From NCBI RefSeq assembly GCF_001194135.2, contig NC_069003.1, positions 3,420,151-3,484,150 on the forward strand: a stretch of DNA of 64,000 nucleotides, written 5' to 3'. Under the pieces are notes generated by a model that saw only the letters and a program-made list of their open reading frames with translations, was not told the DNA's origin and did not search any database. Shown piece by piece: positions 51,819 through 64,000 of the stretch (positions are counted from its first letter, which is position 1; each line of letters starts with the position of its first letter). The position numbers and the translations under genes are program-made. This DNA comes from Octopus bimaculoides (Eukaryota).

Positions 51819-52479
51819 TTAAAAGGGTAAAGGTTTATTAATTTATTATNNNNNNNNNNNNNNNNNNNNNNNNNNNNNNNNNNNNNNNNNNNNNNNNNNN
51901 NNNNNNNNNNNNNNNNNNNNNNNNNNNNNNNNNNNNNNNNNNNNNNNNNNNNNNNNNNNNNNNNNNNNNNNNNNNNNNNNNNNNNNNNNNNNNNNNNNNN
52001 NNNNNNNNNNNNNNNNNNNNNNNNNNNNNNNNNNNNNNNNNNNNNNNNNNNNNNNNNNNNNNNNNNNNNNNNNNNNNNNNNNNNNNNNNNNNNNNNNNNN
52101 NNNNNNNNNNNNNNNNNNNNNNNNNNNNNNNNNNNNNNNNNNNNNNNNNNNNNNNNNNNNNNNNNNNNNNNNNNNNNNNNNNNNNNNNNNNNNNNNNNNN
52201 NNNNNNNNNNNNNNNNNNNNNNNNNNNNNNNNNNNNNNNNNNNNNNNNNNNNNNNNNNNNNNNNNNNNNNNNNNNNNNNNNNNNNNNNNNNNNNNNNNNN
52301 NNNNNNNNNNNNNNNNNNNNNNNNNNNNNNNNNNNNNNNNNNNNNNNNNNNNNNNNNNNTATATATATTTATTTATGTGTTTCAGCCAAGTGGCTGCGGT
52401 CATGCTGGTGCACCAATGTATGTATGTATGTATGTATGTATATATATATGTATATATATATATATATATTACCAGCATC

Positions 52480-53590
52480 AGTTACAGATTTGTAGTACAG
52501 AATCTGGAACGATAAAATCGGAACATTCCGTCAGTCTACGTGGATTTCTCAAGCAATGTAAAAATGTTTGTCAGGACTGATGTATTGGTATTATTTTCCC
52601 CGGATAGTTAATCCCTCGTTAATAACTATAACAATGACATTCACGAAGGCTCATAAGTGGAAATCCTCTGGTAATGATAAGGTGCCAAATTGCTGGTTCG
52701 CCTCACTCCCGTGAACACACGAAAAGTTAGTCTAGTTATTTAAATGAAATTATGAAAGATCCTATGAAAACACTTGATTTGATAGCAAGAGATGTTACTT
52801 AACTACTCCCGAAGAATAATGAAGCCGAATCCTCCCAAAACTATCGGTCTGTAATATGTCTGTCTACCACGTATAAAATTTTAACTTCCATCCTCGTGGA
52901 GAAAACACAAATTTATGGAACAGAACGATATTTTGTCAACTGAACAAAAGGTGTGTCGACGATCCTCATATGGTGCAAAGACCAACTCTTAATCAATCGC
53001 AAGATCCTTGAGAACTGTCATAACAAACGCAGAAATCTCAGTTCTGCATGGATTGATTATAAGAAGGCCTTTGACAGCATACCGCATTCATGGATCGTGT
53101 AATTGCTGGATATCTTCCAAATTTCTCCTGTGATTTCAAACTTCCTGAAGCACATGTCAATGTGGAATACAAATCTCCAATTATACCACTCTAATGGAGT
53201 ATTGACCACAAAAAATATTAACATCAACAGCGGCATTTTCGAAGGTGACTCACTTTCACCTTTAATTATTTGCATAACCCTAATACCCCTGACAAGTGAA
53301 GTTAACAGAACTGGTTATGCATAAAAAATTGGTGACAAGAAAATAAACCATCTATTCTATTTGGATGACTCAAAACTCTATGGCAAAGACGATAATGAGC
53401 AAATCGTCTTTACCAACCCAGAGCGCAAGGAGGTCGTAACTTGATCCAGTTTGAAATCTGCGACAATACCACCACAACTGGACTGGCAAGATATCTCGAA
53501 ACATCTAACGACTGGATGCTAAAGCTAGTTGAAAGACGCAAGAAGCTACATTCTGTTATGAAGGAGGGAAAAATATTTTCAAATGAGGTT
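52480..53590 (+). mobile_element. R4/Dong-like non-LTR retrotransposon RT pseudogene fragment
   Basis: HKWKSSGNDKVPN, LLPKNNEA...NYRSVICLSTTYKILTSIL, EQK.CRR.SYG.KDQLLIN, AWIDYKKAFDSIPHSW (53046-53093), GIFEGDSLSPLIICITLIPL, INHLFYLDDSKLY (~53345-53382), then PRAQGGRNLIQ. These are characteristic R4/Dong RT motifs, interrupted by stops and frameshifts. Confidence 0.88.
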
Positions 53591-53651
53591 ATGCATAATA
53601 CCCAGGTTGAACAGCATGATGGAAGTATGGCAACTGTAGCTGTAAAGCAGG

Positions 53652-53691
<40 letters not shown>

Positions 53692-54085
53692 TCCCACACA
53701 CACACACACACACACATGAATTTATATACTAAACATTCAAACACTGAGATTTGAAATCAGATGTTACTACTGTTCATATCATCTGTGGATAAATTTAAAA
53801 ATTTATGATATCACCAGCAGTGACATAGGTGGATCACAGCTATAATAGCTTTAAATAGCTATGAATTATAAATTTGCACGAAGCGTAATGATGCTTAACA
53901 AGCATCTACCTACTAGAAATACGAGCTAAAATCTTAAATTAATCCACCGTAGCGCACCAAGATAAGAGAAAAACAGTATGCGAGCAAAACAAAAAGAATT
54001 AAAACAGTTAACAGCACAAATAAAAATATTATGCAGTTAGGGATATCCACAAACCAGGTTTCGGCTTTTGGGTATTTAAACCATA

Positions 54086-54116
<31 letters not shown>

Positions 54117-55129
54117 GTAACGAAAGAGAGAGATGGATGGGTGGAAGAGAGAAGAGAGAATTGATGGATGATGCAACAGCGATAAGACCGATAAACATGC
54201 TAATTTTTGAAATTTGTTAAACATATCCGCCACCACATAACAGATACTACGTTATAATTCCTGTCCCCTGATAAATTGATCGGCGTAGTGATTAAACAAT
54301 GGAAAACCTGATATCGACAATCTTCACACCATTACATATTACTGTTGCATGCCAACAGATATTGAGTAACGTTCTCCATATTTTAGTCTTTAAGCGTTCC
54401 AGGTTTTCTTACTGTGTTTCGGTGTAATTACGATGCTTAAGTTTTTTAGATTGGCACTAAGTTTCCACCTCCACATTCTTTTCAATACATCTGTTCTTAA
54501 ATGAAATGTCAGTTTTAATTTATTTGCAAATTTTGTGTGTGCGGAGGAGGAGGAGGAGGAGGAGGAGAAAGCTATCGAGAAATGAAGGGGGGGGGGGTTA
54601 ATCGATAAAGGAGTTTACGATTCTAGCGAAGAGGGTCCTATCGCACGTACATACAAGCGTTATCGTCCTTCAATCAGAGGGGTCGTTGTGACATGCTTCA
54701 CTGCATCACGATACATAATCATCGTATCCATGTGTATATATATATATATATATGTTAATACATGCTTCTAACACGCGTATATATATGTATGTGTATATTC
54801 ACATATGTATACGTATATATATGTATTTATGTATTAGTACATATATATATATATATGTATGCACATATATATGTGTGTATGTATGCATATAAATATACGT
54901 GTGTGCTTGCGTGTTTATATGTAAGTATATACGTATATATATATATATATATATATGTAGATGTAGATTATGCATATATATATACATGTTTGTGTGTATA
55001 AATACGTGCATAAGGAATATGCATTTTCACACACCCACACACACGCAAGCGCAATAGCATGCGCCTGCAAACACACACACACACTCGTATACACAGACAA
55101 CATATATATACATATACATGTGCACATAC

Positions 55130-55182
<53 letters not shown>

Positions 55183-56304
55183 GTATAGGAACAAGTAGAA
55201 CTGTTCATGTATGAATATGCCATCAGCTATCTTGGTCTTCTTGATCCTCTCAATCCAATGGTTGAAAAAGCTACATCTTTTTCTTGAGAATAGCAGGAGA
55301 TAAGCGAATTGAATTTCTTCCACGTCTTCCCCTTCTAAATTTTTATGAAATACTGAGATAATAGCGACGCAGTACGCTACCTATTTCAATGTTGCATTAA
55401 TATATACTATTTCGAAGAGCTTCTTTTTGCATAATCTAATTCAGCAGAATTCTTCCAACAATTATCTTATATAATTATCTCGCGAACATTGAGGAGGAAT
55501 TACAAAACATTTTTTTGCCTCCAAGATAAGCTGTAGGAAGTTGAAATCTTTTTATTGAATCAGAAAGTGTTGAAGGGCAACGTGGAAGTGTGTTGAAGTT
55601 CTTGGAAACTTAGGCAGCAACTGTAAAGTGGTGAGTCTTTATAATACGTCTCCAATTTATGTTATAATTTATCCCATGTCTTTTCCATGTCTCTTAATGG
55701 TATTGATAAAGAATCGTCGAACATAAAAGTCGATGAATAAGGTGAAAGAAAGGAGAAAGGGAAGCAAAAATGTGTGTGAAAGATTCTTGAAAGAAAATGA
55801 ATTGGGCGAGAGAATATATAGCAAAGGTTAAAGAAACGCCATTGGATAAGAGATGAAAGAAAAACAGGAAGAATCTAGGAAGAAAGATAAATGGAAAAAT
55901 TGAAAAGAAAGTGTGAAATGAATGAGATGTAAGAGAAATATATATGAGGAGGAAAAGATACATTTTATTTTTCTGTTGTTGTAGTTTGTCCCGGTTTAGA
56001 AAGGAGAAAATATCAAGAGATTGCATGGATATTTACAGATGGAGAAATTGGCGTTCCTATCCGTCACTAACCTCGCGTATGCATATATGTATGACCCAAC
56101 GAAAGACTCCTCTACATGGAAAATTGCATTTAATAGAAATAGCAGTAAGACTTCTTGGATATCATACGCTGATGTATTATGTATGCGTAAGTGCTGAGAT
56201 AAAGAAATTCTGTATGATGGTATGGTAGCTTTCCTCTCAGAGAAATAGCAGCGAATACTACATCAAATGAAACTTTATGAAATAGGCATAATGCTTCTAT
56301 CTGA

Positions 56305-56528
56305 GGCATGCTTCCCAGCCACATATTCCAGGTTCCATCCGACTGCGTGTTACTCTCGACAAGTGTCTTCTACTGTGGCTTTGTGAGTGGATATGATAGA
56401 CGGAAACTGAAAGAAACCTGCTGTATATATAAATTTATATATATTTATGTGTCTTTGTTTATGTGTTTGTTCCCCCATCATCGCTCGATGACCTAGACCT
56501 ATGTTGGTGTGTTTATGTCCCCGTAACT
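56305..56528 (+). mobile_element. SINE family B, degenerate
   Basis: caggttccatccgactgcgtg...caagtgtcttctact...ttgtgagtggat...agacggaaactgaaagaa...tttgttcccccatcatcgct...ggtgtgtttatgtccccgtaactta. Confidence 0.8.
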
Positions 56529-56800
56529 TATATATACACACACACATATATATATTACTCTATAAAATTCCATATATATATATATATATATATATATATT
56601 CCATATACGTATATATTCCATATATGTATACATATATACATATTGTGAAGTGTATTTGCCACCTAAATGTGGCTAACACTTAAGCGTCTTCCTGGGACAA
56701 CAAGCTACAGTAGCATCGTCGCTCAAGGGTTAGCCACATTTAGGTGGAAAATATACTTCACGATGTCGTGCGGCTACTGTTTATAACTCGCTCAGAGATT

Positions 56801-56834
<34 letters not shown>

Positions 56835-59150
56835 AGAGAGAAAGAGTGAGAGAAAGAGAGAGAGACTTACATGTGTGTGGGTGCGGGTGCTTGTGCGCGT
56901 ATTTCCTTATGTATATATATATATATATACATGGTTTATATATATCCACATTGAAGAGAAAGATTTCAAAATAGAAGCGATAACAGATAGAAATAGTATC
57001 CAAAACTCCTTCACCTGACATTCATACTACTACTCCTACTACGTAAGTAATAATAAAGTAGATATTCTGTTCGCGGGTCAACTCTGTCTGGGGAAAAATA
57101 ATGGATAAATCATGGCTGCAACACCTCTGGTCATAGGTCTTCTCCGATACCTCTTAGCAGCGGGTTAAGTAACCACAACCACGATAAATAATGAATGACA
57201 CAACATATGTTATAAAACACCGCCCGTATAATTACGTTTTCAGTTCAATAAGACAATGTCATTTGCTAGATATAAATTTATCATCTGTAAGGTATTATAG
57301 GCAATCAATAAACTTATATCAATGGTTATGGCTAATCAATAATCTTATGTCAATTATTTACTCGTTATTGTAAATTTTATGGTGCTTCAATATCTACAAT
57401 CAATTTTAACAGCAACCATCTTGTGATATTTTTGTTATTGTTGCCGTAGTTTCGACCGGGGTCAATTCTGACTCAGTAGAGCAATGATCAAACGCATTTC
57501 AGAGGCGTCTATCCAGTCCAGTGTTTTATCCCAGCATCACCTATCAAGGATTGCATTATCGAATATATTTTTCATTCTTGTGTGTTTTGTAAATGGAAGC
57601 TATAATATTTTGCGGAATGTTTGCTCTGAAGCTGCTCTTCGAATCTCGAGCAATTATATAGAATGTTTACGCTGTTGACACGTTTCCTCGATATTCCTGT
57701 ATTGTATAGCAACCAAATAAATTTGTCAGCGTAAATACGAAATAATTAGCCCGTTGTGACATTGTTTAGAACATTAAATATATGTTTACATATTACCTAA
57801 TTCTCTTTTTCTTTTCAAAACGGAAAGAATTACTGTAGAATAGGAACGCTTCGCGTACATCATATATAAACGATCACATCACACACACACAATTACAATC
57901 ATCACACGTATGTCCGCGTATGTGTTACCTGTTTATATCAGTGTCAGGATTTAAATGACGCACTTCTTTGCCATTTGATCTTGGAATTTTCAATCATTTT
58001 ACTTACGTCTACTTAGTTTTAACGAATGACTTGCATGGGTTTGTTGCAGCCATCTTTTCCTCCATCTGTCAAATCCTGACTTTTACGTAGTGAACAAGAC
58101 GGTGTCCATGTCTGCGAACGACAACATAAGCATCTGAAACACTTAGTGAATATATGGTACTTGCTAGCAAGGCAGACATGCTCCCCATTGACGACTAGTG
58201 AGAGCGAGAAGAGTAGACAAGGTATTGATTAGGACAGAAACTCTTGTCGGTAGGTTTGTAGGTAACTCCAAAGATCTGTGCACAGAAAATGAGACAGGGG
58301 GAGTGACAGGGACAGAGAGACTGGGAGAAAGAGAAGATATAAAGAGAACGAGAGAGGGATAGAAAGAGTGAAACAGAGAGAGAAAGAGAGAGTAACAAGT
58401 CCATTAGGGTGTCCTTAGAGGGGGTTACTGTCTGTAGCTACCGCTAATTCGGAGAATCTGCAGAAATATCCAGAGTACAATTCTCTCCATTTTTCTTGCA
58501 CCAGCGACCAGCAAAGCAGCATGGTATCGAAAATATTCCACCCCATCCCCTCGCCTACATGATTTACCGGACACTCTGACATGTATGCACTATTGAATGA
58601 AAGTCACGGGGAAGAAAGTGAAACTCCAAATATCTTTCAGAAGGCATAATTCAATTCTTCATACGAAAATAATTTATTTTACAATTTTGAAATGAGCACT
58701 GAACAAAAAAAAATCTACAAAGGAATATGTTGCTGTTGTGAACGTTAATTAATTTAAAATATTTGCTGAAGTACGTATGTAATAACACATAAACTAATTT
58801 GACATTATTATATATTTTAGGTGTGTAAGGTTATAAGTATAATAATTATTGATTAACGCAGTAAAAAGACTGTGCGGCGTTCAAAAATGCCAGTGATAAA
58901 ACAACATAGCAGGAATACGATAAGGACAGTAGGACTGTTAAAAAAAAAGCATTCTTCAAACGTGTTATAAGGAGTGGAATAACATTTCTGTAATTATATT
59001 GAAAGAGCCGCTAAGGATTTCTTCCTCGCCGAGTTTCCTAATTTGTTATAATAAACAGAATAACATTTTTTTTTTTCAGATATATTTGCGAGTATACATT
59101 ATACAAATAATATAATTAGCCTGTTAGCAATTCGCACCTGAAGGTAAATT

Positions 59151-59531
59151 TATAAACAAGGGTACAAAATAGTACCAACATTGCTAGAGACAACAGTCAA
59201 TTACGACTCAAAAGTCCACAAGAAGTACTGACTCAATAAGTTGACCAAGGGTAAGAAGGCAGAAGGCACCTTACCGTAGTGAGGCAAACCTACACAACAT
59301 TAAACGCAGTAATACCCATTCATGAGAGCCAAGTTGAAATGATTGAGAGTTCGAAATCACGTGAGATGGATATATGTGTTAGTTCCTGTGTAACATTGTC
59401 TCATTATGGTAAAGAGTTTTCTCGCTTCCTCTCTTTCGTCAACTTGTTGAGCTTGGGCTTTTTTGTAGAGTTTTGAGTGGTTTTTCACTCCTGTTTCTAA
59501 CAATACTGCTACTATTTTGTACCGTTTTATA
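59151..59531. mobile_element. ~380-bp fold-back palindromic element (arms ~165 bp)
   Basis: 59151-59320 aligns to the reverse complement of 59365-59531 (ggtacaaaatagta, attg.taga.aca, actcaaaa.tc.acaa, ctcaa.aagttgac, ttacc.ta.tgag.caa); both ends lie in TATA. Confidence 0.75.
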
Positions 59532-59597
59532 TATATATATATACATAATATATTTTTACATATACTGTACACATGCATATGCGTATATATATATATC

Positions 59598-59668
<71 letters not shown>

Positions 59669-60445
59669 ATACACACACATGTATATATACATACATATAT
59701 ATGAGACGCTACTTGTGTCTCCCGTTGACACTTGTTACGAATAAACGAAGCCGGCGTGGATTATAACATTTTTATGAGTCTAGTTGTTATTTAGAAATAC
59801 ATACATACCTACATGCACATGTGTGTGTGTGTATGTATGTGTGTGTGTGCGTGTATGCATGTATGTCTATGTATTTACAACCAATACTTGAGACATGTTG
59901 TATCTCTGCTTTTATGGTAATAGTATTCCCATGCTGTAACGAACATTTTAGCAATTTCAATATTCTTTTCAAGACATTTCCGCACACCTTTTCCTGATGT
60001 TTTATTGTTAGTTCTCCGTTCTCAAGTTGTTTATTATCTTTTTTTAAACCATTGAATAAACTCTGTTTTTGAATTATTCAAACCAAGCTGTCCATTTAGT
60101 GTCAGAATGAAACATATCTGAATACACTTAATGTTATATGATACTGCTTTCGGTTTTGTGGATCATAGTATTTAGAATTAGATTAAGACTAAGCTCTGTA
60201 AACAGAATTTGGCTTAAGAAAGAATGTCTTTTCCCTTGACAAATGGAGATGACGTCACTCTCATTCCCTCGTTCCCTGATTTACAATAACCAATGCTGAA
60301 CAGCGGATATCAATATATTCAAAAACACTGGGCGAGCGAATCGTAAACACGACCATCTTATTCCCACACCCAGACATACAAGTGCATATTTATATAGGTA
60401 TATATATGCATGTCTATATATATGTGTGTGTATATTATATGTATA

Positions 60446-60507
<62 letters not shown>

Positions 60508-60571
60508 CATATATCAATCCATCTATGTGTATATACATCCGTACAGTAACGAGTGTGCACTTGCATTTATG

Positions 60572-60611
<40 letters not shown>

Positions 60612-60859
60612 TAGATAGATAGATAGACACACACATACATATAATATCCTGTGTATGTATGTATGCATATGTGCGTGTGTGTTTGTGAGTATGTTCTTGT
60701 GAATGTGTGTGTGTATGTGACTGTGTGTGTGTATATATGTGTGACGTTATTTTTCGCGAAGTTTCGAAGTAATATTCTTCATTTTTCCAATTGATTTGTT
60801 ACTGTATTTTATTACTATGTCTGTAAAACTTTATTATTTTTAAATTCGGAAATTTTCTT

Positions 60860-61200
60860 GTTGTTCTCTTTGACATTTTACTCCGCTATATTTTTAAAAT
60901 TTTTAATCTTGCCGTGTACAATCTATTTGTGATCGGTATCTTTGCTGTTGTGTTCTGTTATTTCATTGCTGTATTTGACAAATTTTGTTGTTGGTGATGT
61001 GTTTGACATTTCGTGGCTATATATTAAATTATTTTATTGATGTTTCAGAATTCTTTGGTCGTGTTCTATTTGTTCATGCGGCTGTATACGAAATCTTTCT
61101 TGTGGCTATATTTGAAATTTTTGTTGTTGCTATATTTGAAAATATTTATATATTTTAGAATTTTTTTTATGCTGTATTTGACAATTTTGTTTCCTCTCTG
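60860..61200. repeat. Degenerate ~24-bp AT-rich minisatellite
   Basis: gct(a/g)tatttga(a/c)a(a/t)ttt recurs, for example gctatatttgaaatttttgttgtt followed by gctatatttgaaaat at ~61105-61143. Confidence 0.6.
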
Positions 61201-62395
61201 TTTAAATTGTAGTTTTTTAATATTTACTCTGTTTAAAATTTCATTTAAACTGTCTAGAGGCTGAATCCTTACAGTCGAGACTAGCCTGCACAAGCACTTA
61301 CGCAACCCAAAGATATAATAATAGTAATAAACGTACTGTAAACGCCTTTAAGCACGGAAAACAATTTCCGAACGTTGAGGGCACATAGAAATTTCAGAAG
61401 ATGGAGAATAAAATAAGTGGTTAAAGAAAAGACACAGAAAACATAACATATTATATATTACTATCATGAATTGGCCTATTCGTTATAAATACTGAAAGAT
61501 TTTTTTCAGTTGTATAACATATAATATTGTTCTATGTTATTGGGGATCTTTAAATAAAGCACTCGGGGGTGGGGTTATGGAATCGTTAGAACGACGTCAC
61601 TGGGATTTCGGTTCAGTAGCTATTCCGTCTCATTGTGTTTTGAGTTTCAGATTTCACTTCCTGTACCAACGTCTTCGCAGTGTGTTAGACGATTCCTTTC
61701 TGACTGAACTAACAAAGATACGCCTCTGGCATGGTACCAAGCGTCTCGTCCAAAGGACGACCATTTTATTTTCATTAACACACACACACACACACATATG
61801 GGCCGCATATACTGTGTTATAAATACTGACAGAAATAAATTGTAATAACAAGTTGAATAGCTTTTGTGTAGAGTAAAATAAAATGGATTGGGTTAAGAGC
61901 AAACAAATAGAACCAGAAAAACGACAATAGAAAGCTGTAATAGACTGATGCGTACTACTCTGCATGTGTGTGTAGATACGCAATACTCAGGAAGCGCTGG
62001 AAGGCATTTAAACATTTTCTATCTATTTCTCGATTGATTTTGATTTATGTTTCACTATTTTTTTAAAATCACCATTATATCTGCTATTCCTATGATCATG
62101 TTTTCATGCTGAGACATTGCTAGCAAGACTATTGCCGCTGTCATAGATAATTTGTTAAGTCTTATTACTTAGTCGTGGCCAAATCTGAACCTATATACAT
62201 AAAGCATTCCATCCATTAATATTTCTTGCTTTCAGTGAAATAGACTTCCTGACTTATATCAAGAAAATATAAAGCGTGCGGATTAATAACAAACGACTGA
62301 TAAATTATCGCAGCTTCAAAGATTAGGTATAGGGAAGCACATTGATTTCACTTGTCTTATATATACATATTTGTAAATGTGTATGCATGCATGTA

Positions 62396-62451
<56 letters not shown>

Positions 62452-63291
62452 AATTTAAGGAATGGAGTAAACGCATGTTATAACTGCATACTTTATACCG
62501 ACATATGTTTCGAAGAATTACAATTTATGCGATCCATAGGAATCGTCGATGTTAAAAATGTAAACTTCTCCTTAGGGAATGTATGGGAACCGTCTTAAAC
62601 GTAAGACATTATGACNNNNNNNNNNNNNNNNNNNNNNNNNNNNNNNNNNNNNNNNNNNNNNNNNNNNNNNNNNNNNNNNNNNNNNNNNNNNNNNNNNNNN
62701 NNNNNNNNNNNNNNNNNNNNNNNNNNNNNNNNNNNNNNNNNNNNNNNNNNNNNNNNNNNNNNNNNNNNNNNNNNNNNNNNNNNNNNNNNNNNNNNNNNNN
62801 NNNNNNNNNNNNNNNNNNNNNNNNNNNNNNNNNNNNNNNNNNNNNNNNNNNNNNNNNNNNNNNNNNNNNNNNNNNNNNNNNNNNNNNNNNNNNNNNNNNN
62901 NNNNNNNNNNNNNNNNNNNNNNNNNNNNNNNNNNNNNNNNNNNNNNNNNNNNNNNNNNNNNNNNNNNNNNNNNNNNNNNNNNNNNNNNNNNNNNNNNNNN
63001 NNNNNNNNNNNNNNNNNNNNNNNNNNNNNNNNNNNNNNNNNNNNNNNNNNNNNNNNNNNNNNNNNNNNNNNNNNNNNNNNNNNNNNNNNNNNNNNNNNNN
63101 NNNNNNNNNNNNNNNNNNNNNNNNNNNNNNNNNNNNNNNNNNNNNNNNNNNNNNNNNNNNNNNNNNNNNNNNNNNNNNNNNNNNNNNNNNNNNNNNNNNN
63201 NNNNNNNNNNNNNNNNNNNNNNNNNNNNNNNNNNNNNNNNNNNNNNNNNNNNNNNNNNNNNNNNNNNNATATATATATATATATATATATA

Positions 63292-63385
63292 TGCTATAGT
63301 AGAAGACACTTGCTCAAGGTACCACGCAGTGGGACTGAACCCGGGACCATGTGGTTGGTAAGCAAGCTACTTAACACACAGCCAG
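63292..63385 (-). mobile_element. SINE family B, 5' half
   Basis: gctatagtagaagacacttgctcaaggtaccacgcagtgggactgaacccgggaccatgtggttggtaagcaagctactt. Confidence 0.9.
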
Positions 63386-63429
63386 GGGAAATTATTTTTA
63401 GTACTTCTGGATGTAATATCTAATGTATT

Positions 63430-63810
63430 AATATTGATTTCAAATTTTGACACAAGGTCAGCAAATTTTAGGGTTGTGGGTAAGTTAATTACATTGACCT
63501 TCTTTGCCACTTCTACCTATTTGATCGACTTCGTCAGAATGAAAATCATTTCAACTCCGAACGTATAGTCGGAAGAATTCCTACTAAGTAATTTACCCGC
63601 CGCTGTGAAGAAATTCCCAGCTCACTGCCTGTATATTCTTCTACTCTAGGCAAAAGGTCCGACTTTTTTTTTGGGGGGGGGATGCAGTCGAGTAGATTGA
63701 CACCAGTCCGCAACTGGTACTTAATTTATCAAAACTGAAAGAATAAAGGCAAAGTTGACCACGGCGGAATTTAAACTCAGAACGTAAAGACAGACGAAAT
63801 GCCAATAAGT
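63430..63810 (-). mobile_element. Two head-to-tail SINE family C copies
   Basis: The second copy reads caactggtacttaatttatc...gaaagaataaaggcaaagttgaccacggcggaatttaaactcagaacgtaaagacagacgaaat; a more degenerate first copy spans 63430-63615. Confidence 0.75.
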
Positions 63811-64000
63811 TTTGTTTTATAAATATTGTCCAGTATTAAGAGTTTCATTTTATTGACTCCCATTGTAAACTAAAATTATTTATATATGTTCTTGATTAAT
63901 ATAGTATCTTGTGAGTTGTCTCAAATTTACGTTCCATAATATGAAACTCTTTACCAAGAAGAGTTTCCAATGTTTTAAATAAAATCGGAAACGCCGAGCA

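Larger units (their letters stand above)
1..64000. other. Pervasive (TA)n, (CA)n, (CT)n, (TATC)n and (CATA)n microsatellites and assembly gaps
   Basis: Gaps include 3828-4596, 10546-10705 and 11619-12124, plus about a dozen more; most are bounded by TA, CA or CT runs. Confidence 0.98.

Noticed and set aside
61745-61759. Perfect hairpin tcgtcc-aaa-ggacga
   Set aside because: A 6-bp stem is expected by chance in 64 kb, and no flanking ribozyme or terminator features are present.

Overview
This is repeat-dense, AT-rich eukaryotic non-coding DNA with about 15 N-gaps, most flanked by dinucleotide runs. The microsatellite density and three abundant tRNA-derived SINE families point to an octopus (coleoid cephalopod) draft scaffold; this is inference, not a database result. 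I find no supportable intact host gene, tRNA, rRNA or CRISPR array. Almost every ORF in the supplied track is a microsatellite or gap artefact. Recognisable protein-coding relics are all transposon-derived: a Helitron Rep (HUH) pseudogene with an internal duplication (1.6-3.0 kb), a Penelope-like GIY-YIG C-terminus (12.1-12.4 kb), two RTE LINE 3' ends, a CR1/L2-like 3' end, a mariner 5' end and an R4/Dong-like RT (52.5-53.6 kb). The most interesting non-obvious signals are a minimal type-I hammerhead ribozyme motif in a Penelope-like terminal repeat (5.7 kb, minus strand, probably decayed in this copy), a second hammerhead-like fold behind the GIY-YIG ORF, a 53-bp-TIR MITE, a ~380-bp fold-back palindrome, an old ~85-bp tandem array and recurrent head-to-tail SINE dimers. 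None of this proves a new biological system. All alignments and translations were done by eye, and boundaries are approximate.
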